Source: Vermamoeba vermiformis
Lineage: Eukaryota
NCBI GenBank assembly: GCA_045837725.1
Contig: JBEWZL010000066.1
Span: 1-64,000, forward strand
DNA: 64,000 bases
Direction of reading: 5' to 3'
Shown: piece by piece, positions 36,906 to 52,088 of the stretch
How positions within the stretch are numbered: the first letter of the stretch is position 1
Layout: every line of letters begins with the position of its first letter
Notes under the pieces: generated by a model
Told to the model about the DNA's origin: nothing
What the model saw: only the letters and a program-made list of their open reading frames with translations
Databases searched by the model: none
Made by a program: the position numbers and the translations under genes

Positions 36906-37151
36906 AAAATTGAAATAATAATTGAAAATTCAATTTTTCTGTTATTCTGCGATTAATTTAATGCTATAAAGATATTCAATATTATTCCGGATGCTATTCG
37001 TTGTCTAATTCAAAAGGATATGCTTTATGACTAAGAATTAGTACTAACGTAATTGCCAGTGACGAGTTCCTTCGATTAATGGTCTAAAATTAATTTTTAT
37101 CGTTATTATCGTGACAAATCTTATATATTCAAGTCTGAGCTGTGATAAGTA

Positions 37152-38819
37152 TTACATCTCATAGTGATCAATATGATCGACATGTCCCATATCACCGGGG
37201 AAGTGTTGAGGAATATCCATGCCCGGGAATTGTTCAGCGAACAAGAACGACACGTCCAAGTTGATGCCAGTGATGCTGAACTGTTGGTTGCCGAGACGGA
37301 CTTGGACCTGCATATAGAACGCGTTAGAGATATGAGGTACTTGTGGGTACGTAAATGATAGTTTTGTACTGATGACAATATCTAATATTAGGTACAAGTC
37401 TTTAGATATATTAGGTCGGGGAGATCAACTCGAAACGAAATTTCAGTAAATTATTATAGCCATCGAGATTGGCGGTTCGGCCTAAAAGAGCGGATCCAAT
37501 TGGACGTACCTTGTGCAAGTTCTTCACGGGCATAGGGAAGATGTCGGTCAATCCCAAATTGTTTAACGTCATAGACACTGCTCTGCCAAACTCTTTCTTG
37601 CCGGCAGCAACCTTTGCGGGACTGCATTGCTGGGCCAATTTGCCTTCGAGAACGTTGTTCAAGCTTTCAAAGCCCAAGGAGAAGCTGATGTGGTTCATCA
37701 AGCTCAATGCTGCCCACAGCTTGCTATCGACGCCCATTTGTCCCACAACTAATCCGCCGAGCATTTGGAAGGCACTGCGTTGTCCTTGGAATTTGAAGCC
37801 CACATCCGCCTCGACGTTGTCGGTATTGAGTTCATCAATGCTGTTTCGGAGATTAATATAGTTAAGCATTATTTAGCGTATATTTATCGTTTAAATTACC
37901 GTTGTGAGGAATGAACCTTGAAATGAAGGTGTTTAAGAATGCTCAAAAACATCGCTATAAATAGAAATCGTTAGAAAATGACTGATTTACAGTAAAGTCG
38001 AAACACAGCTTGTTTATAATCGATATGATGCTTAATTTTGCTTATTCGGCATTCGCCGATTTTTTTGGATTTTTTGTAACGGCTAAGGTTTGTAAATCTG
38101 GAATTCAACTTTGAAAATTGGTACTTACGAGCCATCATAACAACAGGATGCATCTGTGACAATGGAATATTCACACGAATGCCAGGACGACCTTCGATCG
38201 TGATTTGAGTGGGAGATTCGGCAGGACCCATTCCGATCGCTTGTGCACCGACGTTAGCCAACATGCTGATCTTGTGCGAGATTTCGTTGAAATCAAGACC
38301 ATCTTGATAGGTCAATTCGAAGGAGATACTCGGAGCATCGTAAGATTGAACGGTTTCGAATTTAAGATCGAAGCCCCAAGCAGGAGTTTGTTGAGCCATT
38401 TTGCCGACTTTAATACCCAAATCGATGTCCAATATAGAGCCATCGGCGTTCATACTTGAGGCAGTAGTACCCGGATTCTTGCCCATGAAATATTGAAGAC
38501 TTCGATAGAATGCTGGGGTCTTCAACCGTTCTTTCATATCACGCAGCGGCTTCGTGCGGGTATTGTATTCGTATGAGTCATCTTTTTTGAACCACTCGGT
38601 GAACTCCTCCAATGAAATTCTGGCGTCTCGATCGTCGCCATCGACTTCAGCAAAAAGACTATCGAACTCTGACTCGCTCGTTATTTCTTCTCCCGATGCC
38701 AAAAATAATTTTCTAAATTGTTCTTTGTTCATATGCTCAGAAGAGCCAGCAAAGAAGCCGAATATTTCTGCTGCTTGACGAGATAATTCAACGTTACGTG
38801 GATCTTCGTAAGAATACAT
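37152..38819 (-). CDS. EF-hand protein with an uncharacterised C-terminal region
   Basis: FDSLFAEVDGDDRDARISLEEFTEW; spliced exons follow; 3' end uncertain. Confidence 0.65.
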
Positions 38820-39133
38820 CGTTTGTTTGGAGCAAATCTTAGTCTTGTGTGCTGGTGGTTAATATAAATAAATTGAACTGGATTAAATTTAAAGTTCGAT
38901 TTCAACGGCAAAATTTCTGGTCAACATTTTTCAAACTGATTTAAATGAAAATATCCACGTCGCAAATACGAAACAAGACCTGCGAATTGAACGCAACCAT
39001 TCAATTATATTTATGGGGATTACTTACAACGAAGGAGAACAAACCTTTTGACGAAATTTCAATGGAGCCTGACAAATTTAGACGTTTCATTACAAGCAGA
39101 TCACTCACGTCGTGCCTAACCAATAGCACCACT

Positions 39134-40660
39134 ATGTCAGATAAATATTTAGTAGCCGTCCAAACTTCATTAACGGCGTCCAACTATGCTACCGAGGCTG
39201 CATTCGTTACAACGATCGACGCCTATCTGACCAGAGCCACTAATATGGTCCCGCAAGCATCGCAAAAATTAATTGTATTTCCAGGTACAATATTTATGCC
39301 ATTTAAATCGATTGTAAATCACTCCGAACGTAGTTGAATTTTACGAGTTGTTACGATCCAAATCAACCGCACTTAATTAGCATTTACACTGCACCAATAT
39401 TGATCATTATTATAGAAATGATAGGAGCATGGTTAATTGGCACTTTGGTTCCGAACGTAGATCGGTTTTCGACGATGGATCAAGCTTTAACGAGGTACAG
39501 CTCTTGTTTAACATAACCATTCCCTCTAATATATATTTTTTACCACTATAGCTTAATTATTCGCAATCCACTCCGTTTTGGCTACTCTTTGCTAAGATCC
39601 ATTTGGTCGCAAGGAATCTTCAAGAAAAAAGTCATGGAACACGTTAAACGGTCAATCTTTTCTATGGGCAGCAATTTCATATTAAATACGTACTTTAAGA
39701 CTTTTTCTGAGGGTAAGTAGAAATTCTTAAGGCTGACCTGGATCGACTAACCGGATTTGACAGCGGCCAAAAAATACAAATGCTGGATCGTCGCTGGCTC
39801 CTGTATTCCTACCCGATATAGAATTTAACTCCGGATCGCGGATTTTCACTCCACCAAAGATTGTCAATCAAGACCAGCTCTTCAATGTCAGCTTTACTTT
39901 CGATCCAGATGGTGGACTCGTTCACGTCGCAAAGAAAGCTTTTGTTACGGAAGACGAGATATTTTGCGATAGAGCTCCTATTAATAAGCTTTCATGCTTT
40001 GACTCGCCTTTTGGTACGTTACAAACCTGCTTAAAAACTTACACTACAAAAATGGCGTATCGAGCCAAAATTACGTAATTGCCTTGAAATCTATGGGCTT
40101 TTTATTACGCGAACTCTTGGACACGTACCATGTCACCGCCTTCAAAAATAGACAGTTGGTTTTCTTACTGATAATACTTAGGTCGCATCGGGGTGTTGAT
40201 CTGTTCAGACTGTTGGTTCCCAGAAAACTACGCACAAATGAAAGCAGAACAAGCAGACATTATTGTAGTGCCGGCAATGAGCCCGAACGCGAAGGCGTGG
40301 AACGAACTTTGGAACGGTTATTCTAACGCTAAGACACCAAACGATGTGGATACTAGTCTCATTAACAAACCTGGGGTAACTCTTGGTCATATGTGGCAAA
40401 AGTAAGTATCCCAACTCGTTGAGCGAAAGGCACCAGATCCGCTGAAAAATTTTATCGGTCTAATCGATTACTGCACTAGGTATGGTCTTAAGGATCGTCT
40501 CAACGCCAAGTGGGGTGTAGTGAGCTATTTGGTTGGCAAAATATGGGACTTGGATGCCGCTGGAGAATCGATCATCGTAAGATCCGACAAGGGCAAAAAC
40601 GAAGTTGTCGCCATCGCAAAGCCAACCACTGAAGACGCAATATTGGTCCAACAGATATAA
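39134..40660 (+). CDS. Carbon-nitrogen hydrolase (nitrilase superfamily)
   Basis: Catalytic triad motifs IVFPE, AKKAF and GVLICSDCWFPE across exons. Confidence 0.85.
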
Positions 40661-40735
40661 AGTTAGTTAATAATACTGTATAGTGGCTGGTTTAATATTT
40701 ACAAAAGAGATGTTCGTCTGCGAGCAGATGAACCT

Positions 40736-43664
40736 TTACAAAATGATGCTGAGCTTGGAATTTCGCGGAGTTTTCTTGTAGCTCAGTGACACGTTCGGAC
40801 AGCTCGACACGTTCAACATCGTCAATGTCGGATGATTTTTTGCCGCTTCAACGACGCGATCTGTCACGGACTGAAGTCCACCGATGATCAGTTGCACGAG
40901 TGACTTGCAGTTAGTGAGCACGTGGAGCAAAGCCTCTTCGGACACGTAATAGCAGTACGATAACATGAGCTCTTTCACTGATGGTGCATACGTTGCAAAT
41001 GCCCTCACAGTTGCTGCACTCAACTGAAAAAAATCAGGTTAGTACTGGTCAGCTAAATGAGCAACTGACAAAAGGAGATTTTGTAGTTGGTTGTTTGTCG
41101 TACCTTGTTATTGTAGCGCAAGTCGATCACTCGCAAACTGCCATTAGAACCTTTCAGGAGTCTAAAGATCTGATCGTCGGAGAGCTGATGGCACTCGCTG
41201 AGGTGCAGCGACTCAAGATAATTATAGGCAATATCCAGCTGTTGCAGTTGTTGGCAGCCATCAAGATTCAAACTACGAAATTTCCGCGTTAGAACGGAGT
41301 CAAGTAAAGATTTTTCTTCGTCTTACTTTTGCAATGGCGCCATGCACGTGACTGACTTAAGTTGATGGCAATAAGGGAATTCGAGGTTGTTGATGACGCC
41401 CTTGGACTCAATTACCACGTTCTCGAACTGATAACAAGCAACACCTGACACGTCGTACAATGACACGTCTGTCATACGCACGACATTCAAGCTGGAAGCG
41501 CAGTTGAGCGTCAACATGAGAGGTCGCGAACATTGCTCCAAGTGCAACTCCGTCAACAGATTGCAGTCGGAAATGTGAAGGTCACCGAGTCTCGGGCATT
41601 GTACCACTCTCAATGAGCTCAATGCTGCACACTGCGAAACAACACGTGTTAAAAGGTGTGTTGGAAATGAAATTTCGTGTGGTACTTACTGCAGGCAACT
41701 TGACGTATTCGAGCTTGGATTTGCTTTCGAAAGTGAGTTGACGCACGGTGTTACTGCTAAATACTAAGGCTTCTAAAGCAACGCATTCGTCGATCATTGT
41801 TTGCACTCCTTTGTCTACCCAAGCCAAAAACAGGGTTAGTAAAGTCTAGCGAGAAAATATGAAGTTGTGTTCGTACCGGTGACTTGACACTTGGCGGCGC
41901 AAAGGCGGCGAAAATTAGGGCAATTCTTCGCGATAGAAATCAAGGTAGCGTCTCCTATTTTAGATTTCTTCCAAAATTGGGATGATCTCGATGAGACATC
42001 CACAGCAAGAACTTCCAAATTAGGGCATGCTACAGCGATGTTCGCAAAGTCCGTGTCTGAGCCCACGAGAAATTGGTCGCACTCTAGCACCTATAAATCG
42101 AATGATCAGGTAACTTGTTCATGAATGAGACGTTCGGTCACGTGACCACGTACCTTGAGATTTCGACAAACTGTCGGCAGAGTTTTGACGAACTTGGATG
42201 TGCCTTTGCTGCTTCGCCAGTACTTGAAGATCGACAACCGAAGCAATTCTAAACTCTGAAAACATATTAATCTCCTTATTATTAGTATTATATAAGACCA
42301 AGATATCTTACGGAATTGTTCTTCAGTACATCCAGCAACCCTTCGAGCACGAATTGGTACTCGGTTCCATCAAGGACTTGATAGACCTTCATATCGAGCT
42401 CCTTTAAAGACGTATAATCTTTTAGTATGAGAGGATCATCAATGCTCAGTGCAAGCTTCTCGATCTGGGTCAGCTTCATCAAAGTCAATTCGAAGCTCTG
42501 CGTAGTGCCCCATCTACTAGAATTAACATAAATAACGTATGTACGTGTCGAATTATATGCATAGAATACATACCTTAAGTGCGTGGAGGACAAGTAAAGC
42601 TCCTTCAAGCCAGTACAAAGCTCGATCTGATCGAAGTTCATGAAGTCGCAGAAAGATCTGAAGTCCAGAGAACGAATCTGAGTGTACGGTACAAATGGCT
42701 TCGCGAGCAGGTACGTTGAGCTGACGTCGAAAAGCTTTCGGTGGATGTAGCTGCTGTCGTACGAGAGCTTCACCAAGTTGGTCAATTTGGTGAGGTTAGT
42801 GAACTCGGCCTGGGTTGAAACAGGCAAAATGCCTCGAAATTCAAGAGAAACAAGCTTTGTAGTGAGTTGATTGAGTGCGTTGACCAATGTTTGACCGCGA
42901 AAGAACGGATCGAGCGACTTTGTTTTAACATGTTGAACGTAGGGCCAGACGTTAACAGATTCGTTGCTGAATATTCCGTACCATTTCTTGCATACGAGTC
43001 GAGCGATGAAGAACATGGAAGCGTCGTTAAACGAGAAAATAGAGCAGGTCATTTCCGTCGGTAAATCCAGAATGAACGGCGGATCTAATGACTCATTTTC
43101 TTCTGAAGGATTCTTCCGTTTGCGTCCTACTCGAACGAGGAAGCTTCTTCGGCTATAGAAAGAGAATTAGATCACGCGAACTGAAATTTCCTTTTGTGAT
43201 CTACCTTTCAACTTCGTTTTGGCGGCAAGTAACTACCGAGGGATAATCTTGATCAGCCGTAATTAATTCAGCAACAAATTTGTTGAACGAAGGGGAGCAG
43301 TTATGAAGCAAGCCAAGCGATATAGGTGTCTGGCCGTTGACATCCTGAAATTCAGAATTATTTTTTTTGGTCCTTAAAATAATTCCTAGTTCTAACCGAT
43401 TCATACCTTTAAATTCATATCTGACCCTTGATCGATCAAATATCGTATGCAATCTATATTACCGGCAAGACAAGCGTAGTGTAACGGCGATCGCTCCAAC
43501 GAGTCAAGCGGATCTCGTTGGCTCTTGGCTTTGTGCTCCAAATATAGTGAGCCTAGTCTAGAGAGATTGCCCGCGTAAGCTTCTGCATGAATGTCGCTAA
43601 GTTCTCTCGCAGCCTCCTTTCGCACCTGCTTTCTTTTCTTCGCTTGAGGCTCCTGCATCTGCAT
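40736..43664 (-). CDS. Ankyrin + F-box + LRR protein
   Basis: SPLHYACLAGNIDCIRYLI ankyrin; ILDLPTEMTCSIFSF..ARLVCKKW F-box; FBXL-type Cys-containing LRRs. Confidence 0.8.
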
Positions 43665-44009
43665 TCTAGTAAAGTAGATAAATAACAACTAATAATATAA
43701 AAGGAACGATGAATTGTTGCCTTTCTTTGTTACTTGGCAAAATAATTTGACTGAAATGTTTCGCATCGATAAATGTCTATTTTTGGTTTGCTCCTAAATC
43801 GGCTTACTTTAATCTCGCGTAACAGATCCACCTTGAATTCTCTTTGCTGGCAACCTAATGGTTAATGTTAGTTACTTTTATAAGGAACCTACCTAAAGAT
43901 AAGAATAATATTTATTTAAATTTATATTTACACGCAGTTTGAATTATTAAAATAGTTTACATGACTCGCCTTGAGGAAGTTATAACTTCGTCAAATTATC
44001 TTACGCTGC

Positions 44010-47000
44010 TTAAGAAGACGATGAAGATGAAGATGAGTCCGAGGCAGGCGATTCTGATCCTTCGTTAACTGTTAGCTTAGTCTGATCCGCTTCTGGTTCG
44101 ACTTTAGAATCGACATCTGATTGCTTGGAACTGGCTTGTGTGTAGACCGTACCAACGGTACCCATTTGAGTCGTTGAGGTAACGCGAGGCATAGTAGTTT
44201 TGCGATTGGTGCTGGATGAAGAGGTGTGGTTGGATTTGACTCCCAAGTAGCGCACTTGAACGAGCACTAAGACGCCTAATAATACTGCGGAGAGAATGGC
44301 GGATCCTACGTAGAAGTAATCGCTAGCACGGCCCAAAGCAGTGAGAATAAAGTTGCACCAAGCTTCGAGCATCAAGAACACTGATGAGACGATAACACTG
44401 CGTCGGATCTGGTTAGAAAACGAGCCAAGTTAGTCAACGATATCATGAAGTATATTACCGCGGGCATAAGACAGGCGTACAAGCGCCGCTGTAGTTCAAT
44501 CGGTCGTTCATGAAACAATAAATTTAACTTTAAAATTTGTTACTGCCAAGTGCGCGTAAGAAAAATTAACAAGAAAACATATTAGTATGGTGCATTACCT
44601 TTTCCACCGAGTAAACCTTTTTCTCGCGAGCATGGGCTTCTTTCATTTTGTTCAACAACTTGACCGACAAGCCAGCTATACGAATTAATATTAACGATTG
44701 ATGCCTCGATTGCAAATTTTCCATCGGATCTTGAACGTACCAACAACACAATAGAAAATAGCAACACCTAACAAGGCAACGCACTGGATGATACCAATAG
44801 CAGCTGAGAATTCGGTATTGTCTTGGTATGCAGCTGCAAGAATTCCTGCAATGACTGCCAGAGCAACTATGCAGCCGGCGATGACATAGAACGGGGTAGC
44901 GCATCTGTCAAAATAATAAAGCTTAGTTTAATAGTAAATCTAACTTGCTCAAACAGATCATGCTTGTAACGATTGAAAAAATATTAAGGCCCATCTTATT
45001 ATTAGCAAAATGTCAATGATAGAGGTTACATTTCGCGATTAGATTTACGAATTTAATGTAAATTTACCTGGTTAAGAACTTGCTAGTCTTCAAGCCTTCG
45101 TAAGTGCGGACGGTTTCGAGCCAGAAGAATGCCATCAACAACGCGGCAGGGACTAAATTAATATTTCTAAATTAGGAAATAGGTTCTAATTACGAACACG
45201 CGAAATTTCCGGTTCATGAACGATAAATGAATGGATCTATATAATTAAGAGACACATACACGCAATGGAGATCGAGAATAGACCTAAGAAGGTTCTTCCC
45301 GCGAAATCATAAAGAGCTCTGCTGTTGAATGGGTCGATCCAAGTTACGAGCACAACTATTAAAAAAAATCTTGTTAGCAATTAAGCCAATTAAATTTCAA
45401 AAATCCGTATTCAATGGATCTTGTAATCTACGCAAACATAATCAATTAATCGCACACAGTCATTCAATAAATCTACGATCTGTATGCCTCGTACAAACCA
45501 CGATTTTCGTAGGAAGAACTCGTCTAAAGAGCACTTACCGATGACATAGATCAAATCAATCATTAAGAACACGTTGCCGATGTTCATAGTAAAGCCCATA
45601 GCCCTGACTCTCGAAATGAACTTGTACAGAGTGAAGCCGAGCAAGCCGAGATAAGCAGCAAGAATAACGGCCTATTATTCGTTAGTACATGATATACTGT
45701 CGAAACAATATACAGCATTGTGCACCATAAAGTATATGAAGATCCCAATATTAATCGAAAAAATGAATGACTTACTTGAACAACAATGAACCAAATGGCA
45801 TCGAATATTTCAGTAATCCATACGCTTTGAGTAGGAATCAAGTTAACGGTCACAAAAGTACTGTTCTTGACGAGATCATGAAGTAGTGTCGAACCAACGC
45901 CGCCGATCTGTTGCAATTAAGTAAGATTAGCATCGATGTATCTCGGTATTGATCTCCGGGGAGCTATTGATAGCAAATTGGAAGCAATATCTCATAATTT
46001 TAAATTCTAAAAGTATTGGCAACTGTCAGTTCAGAAATAGATTGCTAACCGGCTAAATATTATACAAATAAATGAATCAAGCGATCTATACCAACAGTAA
46101 TGTGATATTAAAATGGCGGAGACACCCATAAATTTCTAAAATAATGAATGTAATTTCGAGATCGGGTTCCAAATCGTTGGCAATTACTATAATGAGTTTC
46201 GTGTTTGATTTGGACAATAGCATCGTGATTATACCATGTTGTATTATAATGAATTGATGCGTATTGCATGATTTGATGAAAATGTCTCATTTAGCCGACT
46301 CATGTCCCGTAAAGTGGCCGATCGGATTTAAAAAGGTACTTACGAAAACAACAGGGAAATCCACATAGCTATCTACTACTCGAACGCGTACGTATCGTCC
46401 TACTTTAACTTCCGTCGTCTCCAACATGAGAGCCACAGCACCAGCTAAATATAGTAACGATTAGAAATGTGAGCTTTCAAAATCATACCTAATCCAGCAA
46501 ACAAACGAGAAAGAAGGAGTAATTTATGCTCGTCGATTGGCCATAATTACGTTAACCAATTAATTAAAGTTGAAATCGAGTGGATCCAAAAATCCATAAT
46601 GCCGAATTCCTAAAACGATTGATTCGGGAGTCTAATATATATGTATTAAACGTATTATTGAATCAGCATTAGCGAAAGATTGAATTTATCGAGGATTAGC
46701 ATTGCGTCACCAATCAAGCAATTCTGTGTATTCGGATGCTCGCACGTGCATCATACCTCGTAACGAATTGCAAATCAATCGCGACCCGAAAACATATCGA
46801 TATATTTAACTTAATACTATCAGCATATTATTAAGCAACGCTCTAAGTGAGCCAATCCGTTCGCTTATAATAAACAATTCTATTTGCGTTCAAATAAATC
46901 GGAATTCTCTTACCGTCCATGGCCTTTTGAACTTTATCAGCAACTGAGCATCTAGTAGTATGAGGAGTGACCACAATCTGACCGACAGCGGAATATTCGG

Positions 47001-47445
47001 AGCATCCGCCGTCATCATCCTTCAAAATCAATCGTTAGTCTATTATAGTACCGAATTTAAATTAATTTGAACAAATGCATTTCGAGATTGAGCTTATTGA
47101 CTATAAAATGACGTATGAAACAATACTGAGGCACATTATGGATCATCCAAGGTTCCGTTGGCGAATTATTTGTTTTTGGGGCGCGAGCAATAAATTTTTA
47201 ATCCTTACCCTAATTGTTATATTAGCGGTAATGTTAAATTCTTGAGGGAAGTCGAATTGAATGGGCGCTGCTGGAAAAGAAGCGGATTGTTGACTAAGTG
47301 GCCATGAATTAGTACTATTAATCGAATAATCCTATCAATGGGAAGGTACGTACTTGACAATAGGCGACACTACGCTCGAGCTGGCAGCACTAAAAGCAAT
47401 CAACGAAGCTGCGAGCAGCATCCAAACGGAAAGTATCCTTGACAT
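44010..47445 (-). CDS. Signal peptide + PA-like extracellular domain + 7TM receptor-like protein
   Basis: MSRILSVWMLLAAS; GC..GQIVV..CSVADKVQKAM PA-like motif; about 7 TM exons; Ser-rich tail. Confidence 0.7.
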
Positions 47446-48704
47446 TTCGATACAATTAAATAAATATGATACAAGTGTAATAAATAAACAATTACAACTA
47501 CTCTAGTGTGGTCTATCTATCAGACCTTCAGTTTCGTTTCTTGCGTAGAACTCGGCGTTATTTTAGCCGGTGTCACTTGTCTCTCGTGCACCATTTATAG
47601 AAACTTCCAAATATAACAACGAAATCTGATTGAGTTTTGAGAATTTTAATCCGAAATTGATGGTACAACGACGTGCCAACGCAATAAATACGTAATTGTA
47701 TTTCTCCAATAAACGTCGCAGATCAACGCAAAAAATAATTTTTATGAAATTTCAATGCGAGTCGATTTCGGAAAGCGTTGGCGAATTGGAGAAGCTAGTG
47801 GAGTCTAGCTCCAAGACCCGTCATATAGGTCTTGTAATATATTTTAGTGCGCTGTCTTCAAGCTCAATGTTGAGCTGCGCGTAAGTAAAAAGGCGGGCAA
47901 ACGGAATCCAAAAAATTAATTTTAACTCGTAATATTAATTTTAATTAACGGTCAAAATATTGTTGTCACTTCTGGAATTTGCCCGCGTCTTAATAATTGC
48001 TATTACGACAATACAATTTTGCAATTAATTGAAGGTACACAAGAATCTTCTACTTCTATTTCGTACTACAGCGCAGTAAATAAATCATATAATATTATAG
48101 CACAACAATTTTACAATGTGAGTTTCTAACTTCAAGATCTAAACGTTTGTTTGTACTTCTTACCACGGTACAGTAGGCTAAAGTATGGTCCATTTGTATT
48201 CGTGCGCGTCGTAAAGCTCGTTGGAGTCGATAATAATAACACGTTGTGGTCATTATCAAGAACAATAAAGTTATAATGGATTAGATGAAAACTTTTCAGA
48301 ACTAATGTAATAACTGAACCAAGAGCACTGCTGCTGTATTGTAAGAAGCTGGTGCTATTGAATATGAGTATGTTTGTATTCTCAATTTATTATGATATGG
48401 TGGCATGCACATCACTAAATTGCGTACAAATGGAAAAACTTTATTACTGTCACGCGTACAGGTCCAAGTAAGTCAATCTTTTACAGTGTTTATTTACATG
48501 ATTATGTACAGTTTGATACGTCGCGCGTTTGCATGTAAAGTGAGCTCATAAGGCCAATTGAAAGTCGTCCACGATCTGTTCTTCTTCGGATCACGACGCG
48601 GGCACTGAGTTCCGAGGCGGAATTTGATGATTTACGCCTTTAAGCGCAATTACCCGTTGTGAGACATTCTTACAGTTGATTTGTACTTGAAGGAACTGGA
48701 TTCT

Positions 48705-50849
48705 TCACTCTACCGGCATCGCATCTGAATCCCCGTCACTGAACTTGATCGGCGAGTCGTCCAAGCGGATCACGCGGTGCTCTTCAAACGATTTTGGCTT
48801 AATCTGTTGAGGCTCAGAGCTCTTAAGTGGCGGAGATACACTTCCTCCGCTAACACTCAATGGAGGTGAGACTGGCACGCTCGGATTTGCATCTCCAGGT
48901 GGTGAAGGTAGCTCTTCAATAAGATCTTCTTCTTCCACGCTCGTGTAGAATACAGTTGTCACGTACTTCGTTTTGTATCGGAGCGATAAACCAAGCACTA
49001 AGACGTCTTCATCCATGTTCGTTGTCGCGGATTCTTCGTCACTATGATCTGCCGTTACATGACGAGACTGGAAGTACAAATGATTCAACATCACATGATG
49101 GGGCAAGGGAAGAGTATCTAGTCGCACATCTGACAGTTGTCAAATAGTTTAGTAAGGATTTCAAGCTAAAATTAGAGGGAAAAGTAAATAAATTTGAAAT
49201 TCTTACCAAGCGAGTTTTCAGGACCAGTGTTCTCCGTTAATTTATGGTACTTGACCGAGTTGGTATTGAGCAATGCGCGTTCAAGATGCGCAGGAAGCTC
49301 CACGGGTTCAGTCTTCTTCCTCTCCCGATCTTTGCTCGATGCAGAGCCTTTTCTTACAGGACCCGACGGCGGAGCGCTAGTCGGTGCAGGCTCTGGTGCA
49401 CCAAAGTCTATAATAGCTTGTCCATATTCGCCAGGCGGACTTGAACTCAAATCCGCTTTGGCGGGACGCGAGCTGAAATCATGTAACGGTCGCACATCCA
49501 CAACGTTGGCTAATTTAGGATCCGATGAATTTGCGATAGGCGTTGAACCCACAATAGTAGCAGCTGCAGCGAGCACATTAGGAGGCATAGACGTGAAGGA
49601 GTCTTGAGGATTGTGTCGGATCTTTCCGTCGACTTTGAATCGATAGAGATATCGTCCTGGCCTTAAATTATGCACCAACATATGTTCTCCGTCTGATTTG
49701 ACCATCGGCGACCACTCAGACCATTGCATGCCTATAAGTAACGCCAAATCAGATCCGTGTTGATACGCACGATGAACGCACGGTAACTCGTGTGCTTGAA
49801 CTCATATTGCTTCTATAAAATATTGCGGTAAAACATACCTTGTGGAGCTAACTGAGGGCTGGTGCTGCCAACGCCAGGCGATTGATAGCTGAGCGGTGTA
49901 GCAGGCGTCGAAGCACTCAACGGCCGATATGAACTCGCGACTGGCGTGCCGACACTATTGCTCACATGAGGTGGCTGTTGCAGTGCTGGCAAGGGTGCAA
50001 GGACAGGTCTTAAGGGAATAGGAATTGACGCAGATTGCGGAGAATTATTATCCTGACCCGGAACAAAATTTCCAGATGGAGGCGAGCTTGCGATAGGAGT
50101 CGATGTGCCGTTAGAACTTGAGCCAATTAACGCTGATAGTGCCGAAAAGAACTTGACTGGTCGTGCAGGCGATGAATTGGCTTTGTTATCAGCTACGTTG
50201 TCGCTGTTGTTTGTCGCATCTGTCGGCGCAAACGGACCGATAAACGAAAGCTGGGCTTGGTGAGCTGTGGGATAAAAGTTAATTTAATATAAATTACGAT
50301 AGTGTACGTATTATTGAACAATAGCGCACAAAGATTTCGTTGTGCTCGGTAGGGCACACAGAAAATAAAACAAATTAAAAAATTTTCATTCGGAAATTTA
50401 GATCTGAATTTCTATTGTGTCGCTTGGAAGATTTGTAACGCGGTGTGCGCGAGGACGAGTTATGTGCGCGCGGTGAATAATTGAGATTTTCGTAGTATTA
50501 CCTGGTAGAGACCATTTGAATACCGTTGGAATTGTTGGTGTATCTGGATCGTCTTCCTCGCCAAACTTTTCCCCAAACCGAGAATTTGGGTCTATAATAT
50601 TCACCATTAATAAATAAATTTATTTTAAGCCAATAGTTACTAAATTGCACGGATTTGGAGCGTAAACCAATATTTAAAATTTAAAATTGTAAAATAACTT
50701 GAATTATTACCTAGTGACGTCTGATCGAAAGAAAATGGTGTAAATGATCCGACTTCTATAAATTTCGGCTCTTGCAAGGTATTTCTGTCAGATGGCGGAG
50801 ACCCCGCAATATTTGTTGGTGGATGTGGCTTGGGCTGAGTGATACCCAT
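48705..50849 (-). CDS. AMPK/SNF1 beta-subunit-like protein (CBM48 + ASC domain)
   Basis: MG start; PTVFKW; GRYLYRFKVDG; LPAHLERALLN; LPLPHHVMLNHLY; RYKTKYVTTVFY. Confidence 0.88.
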
Positions 50850-51013
50850 TTTTTCGAGTTATTCCACGTGCGTATACTATGACATTAAAAGAACTAATGT
50901 AAAATCGCCGTGATTGTGTTCATCTGAGGTCTTGATCGAGTGAAATGTCGAACTAAAATTAATCGCATTATTTCTTTGCAAACAATGCAGCGCAACTTAG
51001 CTATCACCTAGAT

Positions 51014-52032
51014 ATGGAAGCGAAGCGACTTGAAGATCTATTGAGGTAAATATGACCGTTGCAAGCGTAGTCATCTGGATGGCGCAATTTCTTCTGATCT
51101 TTAATCAAACGATGATTATGAATTAAATCTTATCTTAATATATTTGCAGAGGTTCACGAACAATAGATTTCAAGCAAGGGATATCAGTCAAAGTAAAAGA
51201 ACAACGCGGTGATAGCATTGGCGCGAGGTTATGGGAGAGCGTATGTCGATAAAATTATTAAATATCGAGTATATTAATACTAATATGAATTATCAGTCCT
51301 TATTTCTCTGTAAATACTTCGAGGGTGACGAGATCTTCGATAAGATTTTTGATTCCAAAAACGTAATCGAGCTAGGCTCAGGCGTTGGCCTTTTGGTAAG
51401 TTCCCTACGATCAAAATAATATTTATTATCATATTATTAATAAATTATTGTGTTAGGGTATTTTTGTATGGAAGAGGTTCAAGCAGTGCAAGAGCGTAGT
51501 TCTAACAGATCTAGCTTCGATTGTCCCGAACCTGACGCAGAATCTCGATCAAAATATCGAAGAAGATGCCGATGAGGATGATGAGAGGAGGATATCAGTT
51601 CACGAGCTGTCATGGTAAGTTATAAAAGTGTCACGCAGATGCGCGCCCAACTGGGTAGTTAATTTTTTCTTAAAATGACTTAGTACACCAGTTTACATTA
51701 AATACGATCATAAATTAATGCTTTTATTATATGCGCATGCTAATTAAGTGTTTAGGGGTCAACCAAGCATAGTACTAGAAAAAGCACCTTTCGACGTTGT
51801 TTTGTGCGCAGATCTGCTCTATAATCAAGCACTATTCCCTCTTCTATTAGAAACACTCATATCTCTTACTGCAGTCGATAGGTCAGTCATTTATTTTGCG
51901 CAGAAGTTGAGATGCGGATTTGAACACGAGTTTTTCGAGCAAGAACGGTTCATCGAATACTTTTCTATGAAAGAGCATACATTCGATAATGCACCTTTTA
52001 TTAAACTATTTGAAATAAAGCGGAGGAAGTGA
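51014..52032 (+). CDS. METTL21-like (family 16) lysine methyltransferase
   Basis: IGARLWES, VIELGSGVGLLG, VVLTD, ELSWG, FDVVLCADLLY. Confidence 0.9.
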
Positions 52033-52088
52033 TTCATTTTGTTTTTGGATGTTGGACCTTTCATACTAAACTTTCTTAAAATGTAAAT

